NCBI GenBank assembly: GCA_965248195.1
Contig: CBDFIQ010000002.1
Span: 1,344,001-1,408,000, forward strand
From: Longimicrobiales bacterium
GTDB lineage: Bacteria > Gemmatimonadota > Gemmatimonadetes > Longimicrobiales > Gaopeijiaceae
Length of the DNA stretch: 64,000 nucleotides
Direction of reading: 5' to 3'
The position numbers and the translations under genes were made by a program. Under the pieces are notes generated by a model. That model searched no databases. It was not told the DNA's origin and saw only the letters and a program-made list of their open reading frames with translations. The stretch's first letter is position 1. Each line of letters begins with the position of its first letter. This document shows, piece after piece, positions 59,502-64,000 of this stretch.

Positions 59502-60469
59502 TCGCAGGCAGGGGCGGTAGGGTGCGGCGGGGCGCTGACGTCGAGGACTCCAGGGTCGAAGGCCCTTCCGACGCGGCCGGGCGGGTCACTGCCAGGCTTG
59601 CCGCCTCCCTCGAACGCTGGCCCCCACGAACTGCAGCGGGGTTTTCGATCGGCCTGGTCGTCGCGGTCGGCGCGGCCGAGATCTCGTCGGGGTTCGAGCC
59701 CTCGTTGTTTTCGCTATATGTCATACCGGTCGCACTCGCGGCGTGGGCGGTCAGGCCCCGCACCGCGTATGCTCTGGCCGCCGTTGCGGTAACACTTCCG
59801 ATACCCTTTTCTGCGCTTGCCGGCGAGCCAATCGGTGGGGCCGTCATCTGGAGCGTTTCTTCGAACTTCGCCCTTCTCGCGATCCTCGTGGTGCTGCTCA
59901 CTACGCTGAAGCGTCGGCTATCCGACGAGGCGGCCTTCGTGGCGACGGATACGCTGACCGGGCTCCTGAGTCGCGGGTCATTCATCGAACATCTGGACGC
60001 CGAGTTGGCCCGGGCAGCGCGGTACGGGCGGGCGTTCACGCTCGCCTACGTGGATCTCGACAATTTCAAGGCGGTCAACGACCTGGAGGGACACGACGCG
60101 GGCGACGAGCTCCTTCGCCGGGTGGCGGACGCACTCCGGGCCAGCACGCGACAGACGGACGTGCTCGGGCGCCTGGGAGGAGACGAATTTGCGGCGGTCC
60201 TGCCGGAGATCACGGGCGGAGCCACCGGATCGGTGCTGGAGAATCTGCATAAGCAACTCACCCGGGCGATGGCGAAAGGTGGGTGGCCGGTGACGTTCAG
60301 CATCGGCGCCGTGACGTTCGAGGCGCCGGTCGACACGAGCCGAGAGGCGCTCCAGGTAGCGGACGCAGCGATGTACCGGGTCAAGCGCTCCGGGAAGGAT
60401 GGGATCCACCATGTGGTGTGGGACGGCGATGGCTCGGGTTTCTTCGCAGGGCCGCGGTTGCTACAATAA
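59498..60469 (+). CDS. Membrane-bound diguanylate cyclase
   Basis: DTLTGL, DLDNFKAVND, RQTD I-site, GGDEF; N-terminal TM helices. Start approximate. Confidence 0.93.
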   Translation: MIAGRGGRVRRGADVEDSRVEGPSDAAGRVTARLAASLERWPPRTAAGFSIGLVVAVGAAEISSGFEPSLFSLYVIPVALAAWAVRPRTAYALAAVAVTLPIPFSALAGEPIGGAVIWSVSSNFALLAILVVLLTTLKRRLSDEAAFVATDTLTGLLSRGSFIEHLDAELARAARYGRAFTLAYVDLDNFKAVNDLEGHDAGDELLRRVADALRASTRQTDVLGRLGGDEFAAVLPEITGGATGSVLENLHKQLTRAMAKGGWPVTFSIGAVTFEAPVDTSREALQVADAAMYRVKRSGKDGIHHVVWDGDGSGFFAGPRLLQ

Positions 60470-60534
60470 CCGGCTGCCGTGGTCCCGTCCGTCCGGCGGC
60501 ATTCCGTGACCATTTCGACCGTGGAGCGTTCCCG

Positions 60535-61644
60535 ATGCGTTTGACTGGCGCTGATATCGTTGCTGGCCTGCTACTCCTGGTGGGGACGCTCGCGGCGAAG
60601 CCTGTCGCCGGCCAGGGCATCACCGTCGAGGAGTACGAGCCGCGTAATACGCTCGTCGTTTCCGAGCACGTCGTAACGAGCGCCCGCTTTCCTTTCGTGG
60701 ACATTCACGGACACCAGAACGGTTCCCGCATGTCGTCCGACGACGTCGACCGGCTGATCGGCGAGATGGACGAGCTCAACATGGCGGTCATGGTGAACCT
60801 CTCGGGTGGAACTGGGGCGAACCTCGTCACGGGGCTCGAAAACATGACCCGCGACCACCCCGGACGCTTCGTCTTCTTTGCCAACGTCAACTTTCGAGGT
60901 GTGGGCGAGCCCGGCTGGGGTGAGCGGGCTGCGGCCCGGCTGGAAGCGGATGTCGCGGCCGGGGCTGCCGGTCTGAAGATCTTCAAGAGCTTGGGTTTGA
61001 GCGCGCTCGACACCGATGGAAATCGGATCCCCGTGGACGATCCGCGGCTCGACCCCGTGTGGGCGAAAGCCGGTGAACTGGGGATCCCCGTGTTGATCCA
61101 CTCAGCCGACCCCGCGGAATTTTGGCAGCCCTACGACCGCTTCAATGAGCGCTGGCTCGAGTTGACGCTTCGACCACGGCGGTTGCAGCCTCCGGGTAGG
61201 AGCGCCCCCTTCGAGCAAATCATCGGGGAGCAGCACAACCTCTTCCGGAGGCATCGCAACACGAAGTTCATCTCGGCTCATCTCGGATGGCTGGGCCACG
61301 ACCTGACTCGGCTCGGGAGCCTTCTGGACGAGTTGCCCAACATGTACGTGGGCCTTGGCGCGGTCGTCTACGAGCTGGGAAGACAACCCCGGTCCGCGAA
61401 GCAGTGGCTCACCGAATACCAGGACCGAGTCTTGATGGGCAAGGACTCTTACGACCAGGAGGAATTCCACACGTACTTCCGTGTCTTCGAAACTGCAGAC
61501 GACTACTTCGATTACTACCGGAGGTACCACGCATTCTGGCAGATGTATGGATTGGACCTCCCGGACGAGGTGCTCCGCAAGATCTATTACGAGAATGCCC
61601 TCGACCTGGTGCCCAGCATCGATCGGTCGCTCTTCCCCAATTGA
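60535..61644 (+). CDS. Exported amidohydrolase family protein
   Basis: Signal peptide, DIHGH, PVLIH, AHLG, MGKD. Confidence 0.88.
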   Translation: MRLTGADIVAGLLLLVGTLAAKPVAGQGITVEEYEPRNTLVVSEHVVTSARFPFVDIHGHQNGSRMSSDDVDRLIGEMDELNMAVMVNLSGGTGANLVTGLENMTRDHPGRFVFFANVNFRGVGEPGWGERAAARLEADVAAGAAGLKIFKSLGLSALDTDGNRIPVDDPRLDPVWAKAGELGIPVLIHSADPAEFWQPYDRFNERWLELTLRPRRLQPPGRSAPFEQIIGEQHNLFRRHRNTKFISAHLGWLGHDLTRLGSLLDELPNMYVGLGAVVYELGRQPRSAKQWLTEYQDRVLMGKDSYDQEEFHTYFRVFETADDYFDYYRRYHAFWQMYGLDLPDEVLRKIYYENALDLVPSIDRSLFPN

Positions 61645-61690
61645 GGCAGGTATCCATGGCACAGGAGCGGATGTGAGCCGTGATCGGATC

Positions 61691-61909
61691 ATGACCACGG
61701 TCGTGGCGCGTTTCCACTATCGCCACGAAGGGGAGATGGCTCACGGGTACCTGGAGAGCGCGGGCGTGGATTCGGCCTTGCTGATCGACGATGCGGGAGG
61801 TATGGACGTAGGCTTGGCGTTCGTGAACCCTGCGCGGCTCGTCGTTCGGGACGACGACGAGGAGCGCGCCCGGAGCGTGCTGGTGGACGCGGGGATGCTG
61901 GACCCATGA
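61691..61909 (+). CDS. DUF2007-like small protein
   Basis: EGEMAHGYLESAGV…LVVRDDDEERARSVL. Confidence 0.75.
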   Translation: MTTVVARFHYRHEGEMAHGYLESAGVDSALLIDDAGGMDVGLAFVNPARLVVRDDDEERARSVLVDAGMLDP

Positions 61910-63540
61910 CAGCCGCCGAGCTCTTCGTCCGATGCCTCGAAAACGAGGATGTAGACTACGTCTTCGGCATCCCGGGCGAGGAAAACATCGATGTGATGGA
62001 CGTCCTGCTCGACAGCACGATCCGTTTCATCACCACGCGCCACGAGCAGGGCGCGGCCTTCATGGCTGACGTGTACGGGCGGTTGACGGGTAGGGCGGGC
62101 GTTTGCCTGTCGACGCTCGGTCCCGGCGCCACGAATCTGGTGACGGGGGTGGCGGACGCGAATATGGACCGGGCACCCGTCGTGGCCATCGCGGGCCAGG
62201 CGGCCACCACCCGGATGCACAAGGAGAGCCACCAGCACCTCGATCTGGTCAGCCTCTTCGCTCCGATTTCCAAGTACAGCACGCAGATCCGGGAACCGGA
62301 AATCATCCCGGAGGTAGTTCGCAAGGCCTTCAAGCAGGCGCTGACAGAAAAGCCCGGCGTCAGCTTCATCGACTTTCCCGAAAACATCGCCGGCGCCGAT
62401 GTCGAGGGGAAGGAGCCGCTCCGAGTGCAGGCCGCCGCGACCCCGGAGCCCCCCCGAGCCAAGGTCGAGCAGGCCGCCGAGATCATCTCGAGCGCCAGGC
62501 ACCCGATCATCATGGCGGGGAACGGGATCATCCGCTCCCGTGCTACCGAGCAACTGCAGGCGTTCGCCGAGAATCTTCAGATTCCGGTGGCGACCACCTT
62601 CATGGCCAAGGGCGCGATACCCTTCTCGCACCCCTTGAGCCTCGGCACAGTGGGCCTCCAAGCGCACGACTATGTCGACTGCGGATTCGACCGGGCCGAT
62701 GTGATCATTTGTGTAGGCTACGACATGATCGAGTACCATCCTTACCTGTGGCACCCCGAAAAGCACGCCCAGCTCCTACACATCGATGAGACACCCGCCG
62801 AAGTGGATGAGCACTACATTCTGGCGGCCGGCGTCATTGGCGACGTCGGTGAGTCGCTACAGCGGATCGCTGAACTGGCGCGGCCTCAGCACGAGCCGAA
62901 CCTCGGAACGCTTCGGGATTTCGTTCTCCGAGAGCACTCCGAGCACGCGGAGAACCCGGCGTTTCCCATGGTGCCCCAGCGTATTCTCTGGGACCTTCGC
63001 CAGGTGCTCGAGCCGGAGGACATTGTCATAAGCGACGTGGGTGCTCACAAAATGTGGACCGCCCGGCTTTATGAGGCCGAGCGCCCCAACACCTGCATCA
63101 TTTCGAACGGCTTCGCCAGCATGGGGATCGGCGTGCCGGGTGCTATCGCGGCGAAGCTGGCTCGTCCGGAGTGTACGGCCGTAACCGTAACCGGCGATGC
63201 AGGATTCCTGATGAACTGTCAGGAGATCGAGACCGCGCTGCGTATCGGGACCCCGATCATCATTCTCATCTGGACCGACAACGAGTATGGCCTGATTCAT
63301 TGGCATCAGCTGCGTCACTTCGGACGACCCAGCCACATCGGGTTCAACAATCCCGACTTCGTGAAGTTTGCGGAGAGCTTCGGGGCCAAAGGTTATAGGG
63401 TGGAAGCCGCCGACGAGTTGGTGCCCACCCTGAAGAAGGCGATCGCCGACGACACGGTCGTGATCATCGACTGTCCGGTCGACTACTCGGAAAACATGAA
63501 ACTTACGGAGAAGCTGGGGAGCCTGGTTTGTCCTATATGA
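61906..63540 (+). CDS. Acetolactate synthase large subunit-like ThDP enzyme
   Basis: FGIPGEEN, RHEQGAAFMA, GPGATN, GDAGFLMN. Confidence 0.93.
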   Translation: MTAAELFVRCLENEDVDYVFGIPGEENIDVMDVLLDSTIRFITTRHEQGAAFMADVYGRLTGRAGVCLSTLGPGATNLVTGVADANMDRAPVVAIAGQAATTRMHKESHQHLDLVSLFAPISKYSTQIREPEIIPEVVRKAFKQALTEKPGVSFIDFPENIAGADVEGKEPLRVQAAATPEPPRAKVEQAAEIISSARHPIIMAGNGIIRSRATEQLQAFAENLQIPVATTFMAKGAIPFSHPLSLGTVGLQAHDYVDCGFDRADVIICVGYDMIEYHPYLWHPEKHAQLLHIDETPAEVDEHYILAAGVIGDVGESLQRIAELARPQHEPNLGTLRDFVLREHSEHAENPAFPMVPQRILWDLRQVLEPEDIVISDVGAHKMWTARLYEAERPNTCIISNGFASMGIGVPGAIAAKLARPECTAVTVTGDAGFLMNCQEIETALRIGTPIIILIWTDNEYGLIHWHQLRHFGRPSHIGFNNPDFVKFAESFGAKGYRVEAADELVPTLKKAIADDTVVIIDCPVDYSENMKLTEKLGSLVCPI

Positions 63541-63543
63541 CCG

Positions 63544-64000
63544 CTAACGATCATTTCCGTCGGTGGCAGGGAGTCCCGCCGAGCGCGCCGCCTCGGAGAA
63601 GCGGCGGATGATGGAGGCGACGGGCTCCACGGTCCGAATTCCCGACACGCTCTTGCCGGCCTGCCAGTAGTCTCCTCGCACGCTGGTCGCGTGAAGAGAC
63701 CGGCGAAGTTGCCAAAACGACTTCAGCGCGTAAATCGTGCGCATCCAGTGTTTGGTGCGCCGCCCCCGCAGCATCCAGCGGGCCAGGGGCCCGGCCCGCA
63801 GGCCCAGTCTCCGGATTGAGGGAGTGTTGATCACCGCTACCGGCACGCCTGTGAGACGCTCGCTGTGCACGATGTCCTCTTCTTCAGCGTCCACGATGGT
63901 CTGCTTGTATTGGGCACTGGCGGTGCATTCGTCCGTCGCGATGAAGCGTGTACCCATCTGCACGCCGGCGTATCCCATTCTCAGGGCCGCCACGAAGTCC
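63544..64000 (-). CDS. Nitronate monooxygenase/FabK family protein, C-terminal part
   Basis: GYAGVQMGTRFIATDEC, WQAGKSV. Confidence 0.85.
   Translation of the reverse strand, partial: DFVAALRMGYAGVQMGTRFIATDECTASAQYKQTIVDAEEEDIVHSERLTGVPVAVINTPSIRRLGLRAGPLARWMLRGRRTKHWMRTIYALKSFWQLRRSLHATSVRGDYWQAGKSVSGIRTVEPVASIIRRFSEAARSAGLPATDGNDR

Noticed and set aside
57742..60039. 765-aa ORF and other long antisense ORFs (e.g. 25140-26573, 41388-42596, 48980-50329)
   Set aside because: Shadow frames of real opposite-strand genes in GC-rich DNA. Only 57742-58803 is retained.

Overview
GC-rich bacterial chromosome segment. The gene complement (Hanks-kinase remnants, an MFTRCIFC-type hypothetical, yicC-gmk-rpoZ-coaBC-udg-dnaB order) suggests Gemmatimonadota; this is an inference. 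The window has two parts. (1) 1-17.4 kb is an IS-riddled accessory region. It holds an IS5 end, four near-identical IS256 copies plus a 109-bp inverted IS end, and truncated surface-protein genes. It also holds an N-terminally truncated membrane Ser/Thr kinase-TPR gene followed by two tandem small paralogues that both end in DPRIRNRGQ, an orphan imuB with a CGAA-N7-CGAA repeat upstream, and an AT-richer island with a sigma54-type promoter before a MotB/ZorB-like and an IS-interrupted MotA/ZorA-like gene. (2) 17.4-64 kb is mostly housekeeping: Fe3+ ABC transporter, icd, pepA, gmk, rpoZ, coaBC, dnaB, ispD, aroE, gap-pgk-tpiA-secG, E2/lipB, rnhA, carA, HU, ECF sigma/anti-sigma, moaDEA, mdh, TetR-TolC-RND efflux, GGDEF, ALS. 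This part also contains a 303-bp MITE-like element and an unrecognised ~350-nt structured RNA candidate with its own promoter and terminator. Top candidates for new biology: the kinase-TPR/DP-peptide module, the orphan structured RNA, the sigma54-linked ZorBA-like motor, and a candidate SOS box. No database searches or computations were run; all family assignments are by motif recognition.
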